A stretch of 64,000 bases of DNA from Candidatus Hydrogenedentota bacterium (GCA_963745075.1 CAVUWV010000013.1:1-64000), one strand, 5' to 3'; numbered from the stretch's first letter, positions 11,644-22,192 are shown. Numbers and translations: made by a program. Notes: generated from the sequence alone by a model not told the origin.

Positions 11644-13095
11644 CTAGTAGCGGTAGTGATCGGGTTTATAAGGCCCTTCGACGGGAATACCAAGATATTC
11701 CGCCTGTTTGTCAGACAACAGGTCGAGTTTGGCCCCGAGTTTACCCAAGTGCAATCGCGCGACCTCCTCGTCGAGAACCTTCGGCAGTGTGTAGACCTTA
11801 CCAACTTCGTATTGGTCCATTTGCGTCGCGAGTGAAACCTGCGCGAGGGTCTGGTTCGCAAACGAATTCGACATCACGAACGATGGGTGGCCGGTGGCGC
11901 AGCCCAGATTGACCAAGCGTCCCTTCGCCAGGAGAATGATCGACTTGCCGTCCGGGAAGATGAACTTGTCCACCTGCGGCTTGATGTTAAGTTCCGTGAG
12001 ATTGCCTTTGGATGCTTCCGATTCGAGCCAGGCAACTTCAATTTCAGAATCGAAGTGGCCGATGTTGCAAACGATGGCTTCGTCCTTCATGTTCTTGAGG
12101 TGTTCCCGGCGGATGACGTCGCAGCAGCCGGTGGTCGTCACGAAGATATCGCCCTTCGACGCCGCCTCGTCCATCGAGAGAACCTCGTAGCCCTCCATGC
12201 AGGCCTGCAGGGCGCAGATCGGGTCGATCTCGGTAATGAGCACGCGTGCGCCCAAGCCTTTCATGGCGTCCGCACATCCCTTGCCGACGTCACCGTAGCC
12301 GGCCACGACGACGACCTTACCCGCGACCATGACGTCCGTAGCGCGTTTGATGCCGTCGGCGAGCGACTCCCGGCAGCCGTATAGGTTGTCGAACTTGGAC
12401 TTGGTCACGGAGTCGTTTACGTTGATCGCCCGGGTGAGCAAGGTGCCGGCCTTCATCATGTGATACAGCCGGTGCACCCCCGTCGTGGTTTCTTCCGACA
12501 CGCCGGCCCAATCCGTGACGTACTCGTGCCACTTGTTCGGCATCTCGGCGTGCACGCTATGGAGCAGCCGGTCGACGATCTCAACTTCCTGGTTTTCCGT
12601 GCTGACGTCGGGAAGTTTGCCGGATTTCGCAAACGCATCTTCAAACTGATATCCGCGATGGATTAACAGCGTTGCATCGCCGCCGTCGTCCACGATCAGG
12701 TTGGGTCCACTTCCGTCGGGCCAGGTCATGGCCTGGAGCGTGCACCACCAGTACTCTTCGAGGGTTTCGCCTTTCCAGGCGAAGACGGGATAGCCGGCCT
12801 TCGCAATCGCGGCCGCAGCGTGATCCTGGGTCGAGTAGATATTGCAGCTTGCCCAGCGTACGTCGGCGCCCAAGGCACCGAGCGTTTCGATGAGCACCGC
12901 GGTCTGAATGGTCATGTGCAGGGAACCCATGATCCGCTGGCCTTTCAACGGCTGTTGCGCGGCATAGCGTTCGCGGATCGCCATGAGACCGGGCATTTCC
13001 TTTTCCGCCATTTCGATCTCTTTGCGGCCCCAGTCGGCCAGACCCAGATCGGCGACCTTGTAGTCGGATTGTTTCTCGAGCGTTGCAGGACTCAT
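11644..13095 (-). CDS. ahcY: Adenosylhomocysteinase (SAH hydrolase)
   Basis: [52 protein letters not shown]-terminal HYRY; GGAGG 10 nt before the ATG at 13095. Confidence 0.97.
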   Translation of the reverse strand: MSPATLEKQSDYKVADLGLADWGRKEIEMAEKEMPGLMAIRERYAAQQPLKGQRIMGSLHMTIQTAVLIETLGALGADVRWASCNIYSTQDHAAAAIAKAGYPVFAWKGETLEEYWWCTLQAMTWPDGSGPNLIVDDGGDATLLIHRGYQFEDAFAKSGKLPDVSTENQEVEIVDRLLHSVHAEMPNKWHEYVTDWAGVSEETTTGVHRLYHMMKAGTLLTRAINVNDSVTKSKFDNLYGCRESLADGIKRATDVMVAGKVVVVAGYGDVGKGCADAMKGLGARVLITEIDPICALQACMEGYEVLSMDEAASKGDIFVTTTGCCDVIRREHLKNMKDEAIVCNIGHFDSEIEVAWLESEASKGNLTELNIKPQVDKFIFPDGKSIILLAKGRLVNLGCATGHPSFVMSNSFANQTLAQVSLATQMDQYEVGKVYTLPKVLDEEVARLHLGKLGAKLDLLSDKQAEYLGIPVEGPYKPDHYRY

Positions 13096-13147
13096 CGTAT
13101 GCATTCCTCCTTGGATTCAGGGACGCTGTCGCCCCGCTGATTGCCAT

Positions 13148-13906
13148 TCAAGAATTGTTTCGGTTCTCGAGTGAACCGCTGATGCCGAGTTCGCAGATTT
13201 CCACCGGCCGGTCGATGTCCAGAAAATTCACCCGGGCCGTTTGCCCGATGGTGACCGGAAGCGTCTGTGCTTTCGCCATGGTCTTTGGCGCCGCCACGCC
13301 AGTTTCCGCGTGCTTCTCCGCCCATTCGAGGGTCAGAAACGCCAGATTAACCGTGGAACCCATAATATCAGGGCGTGCGTAATCCGGGTGGCCAACCGAC
13401 CCGAGGTATATCTCACCGCTGCTCAAGCCGATTCGCAGATCCGGTCCGATGAGTACCTTGGCTTCGCCCGCCGTTTCCAACGCCCGCTCGGCGTGATTCG
13501 TTCCCGAAAAGAACGCGAGGTAGCGGTCGCCCATGTATTTTACGGGAATGCCGTCGTGCCGCAGCGTAATCTCCGTCAACTGATAAAACTGGCCGTTGGC
13601 CCAAATTGCAAAATCCCGGGCGGGGATGGCCAGGGATTTTTCGTACGCGCCGGAAATGCTACTCACCAGCACGCTGGCCTGGAAAACGTCCAGTCCTTCG
13701 TCCCGGGCCCCCAACAGCCAATCGACCGATACGTCAAGGAGCTTGGCCAAGGGTCCGAGGATGGCGATATCGGGGGCGTTTTCGCCGCGCTCCCACTTCG
13801 ATACGGCCTGGGGGCTCACGTTCAACGCGTTCGCAATATCCTGCTGTTTCAAGCCGCGTTTTTCGCGCTTGGACCGGATTCGTTTCGCTAAATCGGTTAG
13901 CAGCAT
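13148..13906 (-). CDS. XRE-family HTH regulator fused to a degenerate class III nucleotidyl-cyclase domain
   Basis: N-terminal 'GLKQQDIANALNVSPQAVSKWERGENAPD' HTH; C-terminal VKYMGD, LRIGLSSG and PDIMGSTVNLA cyclase-like motifs; likely start ATG 13906. Confidence 0.85.
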   Translation of the reverse strand: MLLTDLAKRIRSKREKRGLKQQDIANALNVSPQAVSKWERGENAPDIAILGPLAKLLDVSVDWLLGARDEGLDVFQASVLVSSISGAYEKSLAIPARDFAIWANGQFYQLTEITLRHDGIPVKYMGDRYLAFFSGTNHAERALETAGEAKVLIGPDLRIGLSSGEIYLGSVGHPDYARPDIMGSTVNLAFLTLEWAEKHAETGVAAPKTMAKAQTLPVTIGQTARVNFLDIDRPVEICELGISGSLENRNNS

Positions 13907-13939
13907 CGTTTGACCCTTGAGCCGTTTGGATTCTGTCAA

Positions 13940-13968
13940 AGTCTAGAACATACCCATCCGAATGACAA
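13940..13968 (-). promoter_or_regulatory. Sigma70-type promoter for the regulator-ahcY operon
   Basis: Minus strand TTGTCA-N17-TAGACT. Confidence 0.55.
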
Positions 13969-14290
13969 TGACGCATTCGTTGTACCTGCTCTCGGGGCGG
14001 TTGACTGTCGCGACCGGGCGAACCGGACGCCCAAAGGCGCGCGTTGCGATTTGTAAGCCGTACTTCCGAACCGATGTTGCGCGCGCACGTCAGGCGCTGG
14101 AGGCTTCGAAAAGTCTTGCGCCTAAACGTTGCGGCACGAAAGAAATCAAAAAATTTTCTTGTGATTTCAATCGTGCGAAATTTCTCTAAATCCAGTTTTC
14201 TAAACCACCTGCGTTTAATATTCCCGTTCCGGAGTCTATGAGGCTGATACAGTTACCGACGAATCGCGAAATAGATCGCGAAAATTTTTG

Positions 14291-14319
14291 TTGACTTTCA
14301 CGGTAAGAGTGAGTAAACT
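14291..14319 (+). promoter_or_regulatory. Sigma70-type promoter for the ACIII/oxidase operon
   Basis: TTGACT-N17-TAAACT preceded by an A/T-rich tract. Confidence 0.6.
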
Positions 14320-14607
14320 CGCGCCTCCCTGAGTGATGGGCACGAGCAACGCTTCGGTAGGTCGTTGCGGGGTAGCCCGAAGTTCTTCGGGTTCTCACCA
14401 TTGCAGTTGGGGTTGTTCGACAAGGTTTCCTGTGTGGATTGCGATCTGCGAGAGAGCCCTGTCAACGAATAGAGCAAGGCTGACCCGGTACTGGCGCCGG
14501 GGCAATTTACCGAACGACATAGCGTAAGAGATTTCTGTTTGTGCGACGGTAACGAGTGCAGGCTTTTACCGTTCACGCGCATCTGCTGAACGTCAAGAGG
14601 TATTCAG

Positions 14608-15264
14608 GTGGCACAGATTTTCCCGTCCAGTATGAACACGGTGGCCCGTGTCAGCATTATCGGGGGGATACTTTTCCTGGGAGTGGCCGGCTCCGCTGCC
14701 ATGAAGCTTTATTGGTCTCCCGTAGTGACGCGGGTCAATATTGCCCGCGACCAGACCGTACCTTTCAGCCACCGGCACCACGTGAATTCGATGGGGATCG
14801 ATTGCCGGTTCTGCCACACCTCGGTTGAGGATGGGGTATTCGCGGGGATACCGCCGACGGAAACGTGTATGACGTGTCACTCGCAGGTATGGACGGAGGC
14901 TCCGATGCTGGAACCGGTCCGCCAGAGCTGGGCGACGGGTGAACCGTTGGAATGGGTGCGGGTCAATGACTTGCCCGACTTCGTCTATTTTAACCACAGC
15001 ATCCACATCAACAAGGGCATCGGGTGCGTGACCTGTCACGGGCAAGTGAACGACATGCCGTTGACGTCCAAAGCGAACACGCTTCACATGCGGTGGTGTC
15101 TGCAATGCCACCGGGCGCCCGAAAAATTCATCCGGCCGAAGGAAGAAGTGTTCAACATGAACTGGCGACCGACGGAAAACCAACTTGAGATGGGTAACCG
15201 GCTCGTCAAAGAATACGAAATCAACAAGGAGCAGTTGACCAACTGTTCGGTGTGTCACCGATGA
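14608..15264 (+). CDS. actA: Alternative complex III pentaheme cytochrome c subunit
   Basis: N-terminal TM helix; five CxxCH (CRFCH, CMTCH, CVTCH, CLQCH, CSVCH); PFSHRHH. Confidence 0.93.
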   Translation: MAQIFPSSMNTVARVSIIGGILFLGVAGSAAMKLYWSPVVTRVNIARDQTVPFSHRHHVNSMGIDCRFCHTSVEDGVFAGIPPTETCMTCHSQVWTEAPMLEPVRQSWATGEPLEWVRVNDLPDFVYFNHSIHINKGIGCVTCHGQVNDMPLTSKANTLHMRWCLQCHRAPEKFIRPKEEVFNMNWRPTENQLEMGNRLVKEYEINKEQLTNCSVCHR

Positions 15265-18200
15265 GCGGTAACAATCCAGGTGAAAACTCCACTGTGAATA
15301 CGGACGAAAAGAACGCCAAGGCACTGAATCTGGACGCGGTTCGCGAGAATCTCAAGGGGCAGAACGGCCCCGAGTATTGGCGCGGGCTGGAACAACTCGC
15401 GGATACGGAAGGGTTTCGCGACTTTCTGTACCGGGAGTTTCCCCGTGAAGCTTCGGTTATGGAAAGCGGCGTGGATCGGCGAGGGTTTCTCAAGGTGATG
15501 GGGGCGTCGTTGGCGCTTGCGGGCCTGAGTTCGTCCTGCGCCCGTCAGCCGACCGAACACATCATCCCTTACGTGAAGGCGCCGAAGGAGATGGTGCCGG
15601 GCATTCCCATGTATTTCGCCACGGCAATGCCCGTCTCCGGGTACGCCATTGGCTTGTTGGCGGAGAGCCATGAAGGGCGCCCCACGAAGGTTGAGGGGAA
15701 TCCGCATCATCCCGGGAGTACTTCCAACGGCGGCACCGATATTTTTTCTCAAGCATCCGTACTGACGCTTTACGATCCGGATCGTTCGTCGACCCCCTTG
15801 AAGCTGGGACGAATCACGACCTGGGACACCTTTGCGACGGCGATGGATGTGTTGATCAACGGCGAAAAGGACTCGGCGGGCGTAAAGATCGGCGAAGGGC
15901 TTCGCGATCATGGCGGCGCGGGGCTGCGGATTCTGACGGAGACCGTCACGTCGCCGACGCTTGGCGCGGGAATTCAGGGCTTGTTGGAAGTTATGCCGGG
16001 GGCCCGCTGGCATCAGTACGAACCGGTCAATCGCGATGCCGTACGTGAAGGCGCCAAAGAGGCGTTCGGCGAGTACGTCGAGACGCGATACGATTTCACG
16101 AAGGCCGATGTGGTGCTGTCCCTGGACGCCGATTTCCTCGGGTCCGGGCCCGGCTGCGTGCGTTACGCGAATGACTTTGCCAAGCGCCGGGCAATCGAAG
16201 GCGCTGACGCGCACATGAACCGGATGTACGCGGTGGAAAGTTCGCCGTCGTTGACGGGCGCCATGGCGGACCATGCAATCCACGTCCAGCCGAGTCAGGT
16301 TGAGGTTGTTGGCCGGGCGATCGCCCGGGCGCTTGGGGCTGACGCACCCGGTCCGGAGGTGGAAGGCGAGCATCGGGCGTGGGTGGCGGCGGTTGCGGCC
16401 GATTTGAAGAAGCATCAGGGTAATTGCCTTGTTATTGCCGGCGACGGTCAGCCTGCGGGCGTTCATGTGCTTGCGCACGTGATGAACGATGTCTTGGGCA
16501 ACGTCGGAAACGGCGTCGTGTATACCGAGCCCGTCGAAGTCGAGCCTACGAATCAGCTCGAGTCGTTGCGTGAACTCGTGCGCGACATGGAAGCCGGCAA
16601 GGTCAATACGCTGGTCATCATCGACGCGAACCCGGTCTATAACGCTCCGGGGGATATCGACTTCCTCGCGGCGATGCAAAACGTAAGTCACCGCATTCAT
16701 TTGGGCCTGTATTTGGACGAAACCGGTGAGCAGTGTCACTGGCATGTCCCCGAGGCGCATTACCTCGAGGCATGGGGGGACACCCGGGCCTACGATGGCA
16801 CTGTCAGCATCATACAGCCGCTGATCATGCCTCTGTACAACGGCAAGACGGCGCAGGAAATGATCGCGGTCGTCTCGGGAAAAACCGGGAACGCGTTTGA
16901 CCTTGTTCGGAAGCATTGGCAGCGGATTTATCGTGAGGCCGACTTCGACCAGTATTGGCACACCGCCCTCAGTAATGGCTACATGGAAGGCACGGCGTAC
17001 CCGGCCAAAGCGGTAGCGCTCCAGCAGAATGCGATACGCGAGTTCGCGGAAACGACCGGAAAAGGGGATTTTGAAGTTGTTTTCCGGCCGGATCCGACGA
17101 TTGGCGACGGTCGCTGGGCCAACAACGGCTGGCTGCAGGAGCTTCCGAAGCCGCTCACGAAGTTGACGTGGGACAACGCCGTCATGGTCAGCTTCAACAC
17201 CGCGAAAGCGCAAGGTTTCACCAACTTCGACGTGGTTGAAGTGAAGCTTGGAGACCGGACGGCTAAGGGCCAGGTCTGGGTTCAGCCGGGCCATCCGGAT
17301 AACACGGTGACGCTGCACCTGGGGTACGGCCGGACGCGGGCCGGCAAGGTGGGCGATGGGGCCGGGTTTAACGCGTACACGGTGCGCACCGCTGACGCCA
17401 TGTCCTTTGCGTCTGGCGTTCAACTGCGCCGCATCAGTTCGGGCGCGCAGTTCGCCCGGACGGAGTTGCACAATACCCTCACGCAGGAAGGGCGCCCGCT
17501 GGCGCGCGTCGGAACGCTGCACGAGTACGAAGAGCATCCTGAATTCGCGCAGCATATGAGCCACGCCCCCGCGGCGGACACGACCTTGTTCCCCAAGATG
17601 GAGTACGACGGATACGCGTGGGCGATGAACATCGACCTGAACGTGTGTACGGGATGCAACGCTTGCACGATTGCCTGTCAGGCTGAAAACAACATCCCCG
17701 TCGTCGGACGCGAGCAGGTGATCGCCCAGCGTGAAATGCACTGGATTCGCGTGGACCGGTATTACAAAGGCGATCCGGCCGGCGAACCCGAGGTGGTGCA
17801 CCAGCCGGTGCCGTGTCAACAGTGTGAGAACGCGCCCTGCGAGGTGGTCTGTCCGGTCGCCGCGACGGTTCACAGCAAGGAAGGTCTCAACGACATGGTA
17901 TACAACCGGTGTGTAGGGACCCGCTATTGTTCGAACAACTGCCCGTACAAAGTGCGGCGGTTTAACTTCCTCATGTATTCCGACATTACGACCCCCGTCA
18001 GACAGATGGGGTACAACCCTGACGTGACGGTTCGTTGGCGCGGCGTTATGGAAAAATGCACGTACTGCGTCCAGCGCATCAATCTCGCGCGCATCGCCGC
18101 CAAGAAAGGGCGCCGCAAAGTGCGCGACGGCGAAATTGTCACGGCTTGTCAGGCGGTTTGCCCTGCCGGAGCAATCGTGTTCGGAGATATCAGCGATCCC

Positions 18201-18359
18201 GAAAGCCGCGTATCGAAACTGAAACAGGGACCGCGCAATTACGCGCTGTTGGACGACGTCAACACGCGGCCGCGCACCACGTATCTGGCTAAACTTCGTA
18301 ACCCCAACCCCGAGCTTGAGGCGCCTACGACACATGGCAGTGGTACAGAACAAACTTAA
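15261..18359 (+). CDS. actB: Alternative complex III molybdopterin-oxidoreductase-like/Fe-S fusion subunit
   Basis: YWRGL, Tat motif RRGFLK, GRPTKVEGNP; C-terminal ferredoxin motifs (CTGCNAC, CQQCENAPC, CVGTRYC, CTYC); ATGA overlap with actA. Confidence 0.93.
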   Translation: MSGNNPGENSTVNTDEKNAKALNLDAVRENLKGQNGPEYWRGLEQLADTEGFRDFLYREFPREASVMESGVDRRGFLKVMGASLALAGLSSSCARQPTEHIIPYVKAPKEMVPGIPMYFATAMPVSGYAIGLLAESHEGRPTKVEGNPHHPGSTSNGGTDIFSQASVLTLYDPDRSSTPLKLGRITTWDTFATAMDVLINGEKDSAGVKIGEGLRDHGGAGLRILTETVTSPTLGAGIQGLLEVMPGARWHQYEPVNRDAVREGAKEAFGEYVETRYDFTKADVVLSLDADFLGSGPGCVRYANDFAKRRAIEGADAHMNRMYAVESSPSLTGAMADHAIHVQPSQVEVVGRAIARALGADAPGPEVEGEHRAWVAAVAADLKKHQGNCLVIAGDGQPAGVHVLAHVMNDVLGNVGNGVVYTEPVEVEPTNQLESLRELVRDMEAGKVNTLVIIDANPVYNAPGDIDFLAAMQNVSHRIHLGLYLDETGEQCHWHVPEAHYLEAWGDTRAYDGTVSIIQPLIMPLYNGKTAQEMIAVVSGKTGNAFDLVRKHWQRIYREADFDQYWHTALSNGYMEGTAYPAKAVALQQNAIREFAETTGKGDFEVVFRPDPTIGDGRWANNGWLQELPKPLTKLTWDNAVMVSFNTAKAQGFTNFDVVEVKLGDRTAKGQVWVQPGHPDNTVTLHLGYGRTRAGKVGDGAGFNAYTVRTADAMSFASGVQLRRISSGAQFARTELHNTLTQEGRPLARVGTLHEYEEHPEFAQHMSHAPAADTTLFPKMEYDGYAWAMNIDLNVCTGCNACTIACQAENNIPVVGREQVIAQREMHWIRVDRYYKGDPAGEPEVVHQPVPCQQCENAPCEVVCPVAATVHSKEGLNDMVYNRCVGTRYCSNNCPYKVRRFNFLMYSDITTPVRQMGYNPDVTVRWRGVMEKCTYCVQRINLARIAAKKGRRKVRDGEIVTACQAVCPAGAIVFGDISDPESRVSKLKQGPRNYALLDDVNTRPRTTYLAKLRNPNPELEAPTTHGSGTEQT

Positions 18360-19722
18360 GGACGTCGATCCTCAGCCTCCACTTTTGGAGCCCGGACACA
18401 CGTACGGCTCGCTGACCGATAAGGTCAGTGAGGTTGTCGATACGAAGCCGCATCCGCGGGCGTGGATCTTCGCGTTCGGCGTGGCATCGTTATTCGTGCT
18501 CCTGCTACTCAACGCTATCGGGTACCTCTTCGCGAAGGGCGTGGGAATCTGGGGTATTAATATCCCGGTTGCCTGGGGTTGGGCCATCATCAACTTCGTG
18601 TGGTGGATCGGTATCGGCCACGCAGGAACGCTGATATCCGCGATTCTGTTGTTGTTGATGCAGGACTGGCGGACGTCCATCAACCGTTTCGCCGAAGCGA
18701 TGACCTTGTTCGCCGTGGCGTGCGCGGGTTTGTTCCCCTTGCTTCACCTGGGCCGGCCATGGGTGTTCTACTTCATTCTGCCGTATCCCAACTCGATGGC
18801 GTTGTGGCCGCAGTTCCGCAGCCCCTTGGTGTGGGACGTGTTCGCCATTTCGACGTACGGAACGGTGTCCGCCCTCTTCTGGTACACCGGGTTGGTGCCG
18901 GACCTGGCCGGCATGCGCGACCGTGCGAAGAATAAGTTCGCACGAATCCTCTTTGCCATGGGCGCCCTGGGATGGCGGGGCTCGGCGCGGCATTGGTCCC
19001 GTTACGAAATGGCGTACTTGCTGCTGGCCGGCATCTCGACGCCGCTGGTCGTCTCGGTGCACAGCGTGGTGAGCTTGGACTTCACCGTCGGCATCGTTCC
19101 CGGGTGGCATACGACGATTTTTCCGCCGTACTTCGTTGCGGGGGCCGTGTACGCGGGATTCGCCATGGTGCTTACCCTGGCAATCCCGGTGCGCAAGCTT
19201 TATCACATCGAAGATATCATCACGATGAAGCATATCGACAACATGGCCAAGGTCATGTTGGTGACCGGGCTGATCGTGTTGTACGGGTACGCGGCGGAAG
19301 CGTTTTTTTGCTGGTACAGCGGGAATCCTTACGAGCGCTACATGATGTTCAGCAATCGGATGACGGGCTATTATGCGTGGTCCTACTGGGCGCTCATTTT
19401 CTGCAACGGGATGGTGCCCCAACTGTTGTGGTTTAAGAAGATCCGTTTCAATACCTATATCTTGTGGGGTATTACGCTGATCGTTGGCGTCGGAATGTGG
19501 TTGGAGCGTTACGTCATCGTAGTAACCAGCCTTGCGCGCGATTTCGTCCCCTCGTCCTGGGGGAATTATCACGGTACGTTTTGGGATTGGGCGACGTTCC
19601 TTGGCACCCTGGGATTCTTCCTGTTCCTGTTCCTGATCTTCATCCGGTTCGTGCCCATGATATCGGTATTTGAATTGAAGATGCTGTTGCACCAGAAAAA
19701 GCAGCAGGGTTCCCATGAGTAA
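18334..19722 (+). CDS. actC: Alternative complex III NrfD-family quinol-binding subunit
   Basis: NFVWWIGIGHAGTLISA, SINRFAE, HLGRPW, SPLVWD, GWHTTIFPPYFVAGA. Confidence 0.93.
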   Translation: MAVVQNKLKDVDPQPPLLEPGHTYGSLTDKVSEVVDTKPHPRAWIFAFGVASLFVLLLLNAIGYLFAKGVGIWGINIPVAWGWAIINFVWWIGIGHAGTLISAILLLLMQDWRTSINRFAEAMTLFAVACAGLFPLLHLGRPWVFYFILPYPNSMALWPQFRSPLVWDVFAISTYGTVSALFWYTGLVPDLAGMRDRAKNKFARILFAMGALGWRGSARHWSRYEMAYLLLAGISTPLVVSVHSVVSLDFTVGIVPGWHTTIFPPYFVAGAVYAGFAMVLTLAIPVRKLYHIEDIITMKHIDNMAKVMLVTGLIVLYGYAAEAFFCWYSGNPYERYMMFSNRMTGYYAWSYWALIFCNGMVPQLLWFKKIRFNTYILWGITLIVGVGMWLERYVIVVTSLARDFVPSSWGNYHGTFWDWATFLGTLGFFLFLFLIFIRFVPMISVFELKMLLHQKKQQGSHE

Positions 19723-19740
19723 GTCGAGGACACACTAGGG

Positions 19741-20301
19741 ATGCACGCAGATAACGAATCACACGACGACGGCCCGAAGGTGTACGGCATGGTCGCCGAG
19801 TTCGATGACCCCGATGTCGTCCTCTCGGCCGCGCAGCGCACCTATAAGGAAGGGTACCGTCAGTTCGAAGCCTATACCCCGTTTCCGATTCACGGACTGG
19901 ACGAGGCCGTCGGATTCAAGAAGAACATGGTCGCACCGGTCGTCCTGATAGGCGGACTCGCCGGCGCCTCGACCGGATTTCTCATGCAATACATCGCAAC
20001 GTGTTTGCACTACCCGTACCTGATCGGGGGCCGTCCCCTGATGAGTTGGCCCATGTACATACCGATTACCTTCGAGTTGGGGATTCTGTTTGCGGCGTTC
20101 TCCGCTTTCATCGGGATGTTCGCAATGAACGGACTGCCCATGCCGTATCACCCGATTTTCAACGCGCCGCGCTTCGAACTTGCGACGCGCGACGCTTTCT
20201 TTCTATGCATTGAAGTCACCGACGACAAATACGACGAGGGAGAGACCCGGACCTTCCTGGAGGGTCTTGGGGCCAAGCAAGTGTCGGTGGTGGAACAATG
20301 A
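19741..20301 (+). CDS. actD: Alternative complex III subunit D (DUF3341-like)
   Basis: AYTPFPIHGLD, IGGRP, PITFELGIL; two TM helices. Confidence 0.9.
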   Translation: MHADNESHDDGPKVYGMVAEFDDPDVVLSAAQRTYKEGYRQFEAYTPFPIHGLDEAVGFKKNMVAPVVLIGGLAGASTGFLMQYIATCLHYPYLIGGRPLMSWPMYIPITFELGILFAAFSAFIGMFAMNGLPMPYHPIFNAPRFELATRDAFFLCIEVTDDKYDEGETRTFLEGLGAKQVSVVEQ

Positions 20302-20963
20302 TGGCGACGAAACGAGAGGACCTCATGCGCCGGTATCATGGCGATGTACGAGTAGTAAGAACGCGGTGGGTGGTCGTCGCGCTGGCCGCGGCCGTCCTGG
20401 CGGGGGCCTCGGGGTGCCATCAGGGCATGTGGGATCGCAGCCACTACAAGCCTTTGGAGAAGGCGGAGTTTTCGCCGTTCTTCGACAACGGCCGGACGGC
20501 GCTGCCGCTGCCTGAGAATACGGTTTCGTACCAGGCGCCGGGCCTGGACGACTTTTACTATACCGGCAAGATCGACGGCGAATACGCGACGGTATTCCCG
20601 TTTGAAGTAACCCGCGAAGTTCTCGAACGGGGGCGGGACCGGTTCAACATCCACTGCGCGCCGTGCCACAGTCCGCTGGGTAACGGCAACGGCATGATCG
20701 TGCAACGCGAGATGAAGAAAGCCGGGGACTACCACATCAAACGTCTGCGCGAAGCCGGGCCCGGCTACTTTTTTGACGTGATGACCAATGGTTTTGGAGT
20801 CATGTACAGCGCGGCGTTTCGCGTGCCGCCGGAAGATCGGTGGGCGATCGCGTCGTACATCCGCGTGCTTCAATTCAGCCAACATGCAAATATCGATGAC
20901 CTTCCTCCGGACGTTCCGCGCGAAGGTCATGAATCCGCAGCCGGAATCAACCGAAACAAGTGA
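20298..20963 (+). CDS. actE: Alternative complex III monoheme cytochrome c lipoprotein
   Basis: Lipobox-like LAGASGC; CAPCH; DRWAIASYIRVLQ. Confidence 0.9.
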   Translation: MMATKREDLMRRYHGDVRVVRTRWVVVALAAAVLAGASGCHQGMWDRSHYKPLEKAEFSPFFDNGRTALPLPENTVSYQAPGLDDFYYTGKIDGEYATVFPFEVTREVLERGRDRFNIHCAPCHSPLGNGNGMIVQREMKKAGDYHIKRLREAGPGYFFDVMTNGFGVMYSAAFRVPPEDRWAIASYIRVLQFSQHANIDDLPPDVPREGHESAAGINRNK

Positions 20964-22192
20964 TTAAGCGAATCATGCAGCACACTGACAGCGACCATCC
21001 TAAAATAGACCAATTGCAGAAGCGCGCGGGCATCGCCGCAATCGCCGGTGTCGTGGTTTGCGTGATAGGCGCATTCCTTGCGGGTGCGACGCAATTCTTT
21101 CAGTCCTATCTTTATGCGTTTCTCTTCTGGAACGGGCTGGGACTGGGGTGTCTGTCGGCGCTCATGCTGCACCACCTGGTCCAGGGACGGTGGGGATTCA
21201 TGATACAGCGCATACTCGAGGCCGGCGCCAAGACCCTGGTGGTGACGGCGGTGCTGTTCCTGCCGATTCTGTTTTATGGGGCAAAGTTGATTTACCCGTG
21301 GATGCCCGGCGGCGCGTTGGCGGGCAGCGAGGCGGTGCTTCAAAAAGTCCAGTACCTGAATCCAACGTTTTTCACCATCCGCGCGATTATCTATTTCGCC
21401 GTGTGGATCGGTTTGACGCTCGTATTGACCCGCGCATCGAGGAAACTGGACGAGACCGGCGATCAGCGGCTTTGCCTGCGGATGCGCTGGACCAGCGGCC
21501 CCGGGTTGGTGGCCTACATGGTTACGCTAACCTTCGCAATGACCGACTGGGGAATGTCCCTCGAACCGGATTGGTTTAGCACGATATACGAGCCCTTGTT
21601 TCTGGTGGGATATGCGCTGGCGTGCTTGGCCTTTTCAACCATAATTCTGTCGAAGGTTGCCAAGGACAAGCCCCACTCGGAGGTCATGTCCACGGACTAC
21701 TTCCACCATTTGGGCAGTCTGATGTGCGGATTTGTCGTGCTTTGGTCGTACATGGCGTTCTCGCAGTTCCTGATCACGTGGTCGGGCAACCTGCCTGAAG
21801 AGATTCCCTGGTACCTGAACCGGCAAAGCCCCGGACTGAACCTGATTGCGCTTATCCTGATCCTGTTTCACTTTGCGCTGCCTTTGTTCATTCTCATGCA
21901 GCGGCGGGTGAAGCGCGGAGCGAACGCGCTGGTGGTCATGGCCTTCTGGATTTTCCTGATGCGATTCGTGGACATCTATTGGATCATCATGCCGGCGTTT
22001 CGACCGAAGGAAGTCGGTCTGCACTTCCTCGATATCGCGATGCAAGTGGCCTTTGGCGGCATCTGGATCTATTTCTTTACCGTGCAACTGAAGAAGTGCC
22101 CGCTGCTTCCCCTCAACGATCAGCGGATGACGGCAGCGCTCGCGAAAAGCGGCGGCCACGGCCACCAAGAGGAGGCGGTCGAACATGCATGA
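20960..22192 (+). CDS. actF: Alternative complex III membrane subunit F
   Basis: About 10 TM helices; DWGMSLEPDWFST, SQFLITWSGNLPEEIPWY. Confidence 0.88.
   Translation: MIKRIMQHTDSDHPKIDQLQKRAGIAAIAGVVVCVIGAFLAGATQFFQSYLYAFLFWNGLGLGCLSALMLHHLVQGRWGFMIQRILEAGAKTLVVTAVLFLPILFYGAKLIYPWMPGGALAGSEAVLQKVQYLNPTFFTIRAIIYFAVWIGLTLVLTRASRKLDETGDQRLCLRMRWTSGPGLVAYMVTLTFAMTDWGMSLEPDWFSTIYEPLFLVGYALACLAFSTIILSKVAKDKPHSEVMSTDYFHHLGSLMCGFVVLWSYMAFSQFLITWSGNLPEEIPWYLNRQSPGLNLIALILILFHFALPLFILMQRRVKRGANALVVMAFWIFLMRFVDIYWIIMPAFRPKEVGLHFLDIAMQVAFGGIWIYFFTVQLKKCPLLPLNDQRMTAALAKSGGHGHQEEAVEHA

Noticed and set aside
15255..18353. 1032-aa antisense ORF, and similar long shadow ORFs (e.g. 18505-19716, 24667-26169, 52972-55563, 4934-6259)
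   Set aside because: They lie opposite well-supported genes and have no recognisable motifs; typical stop-poor shadow frames of GC-rich coding DNA.
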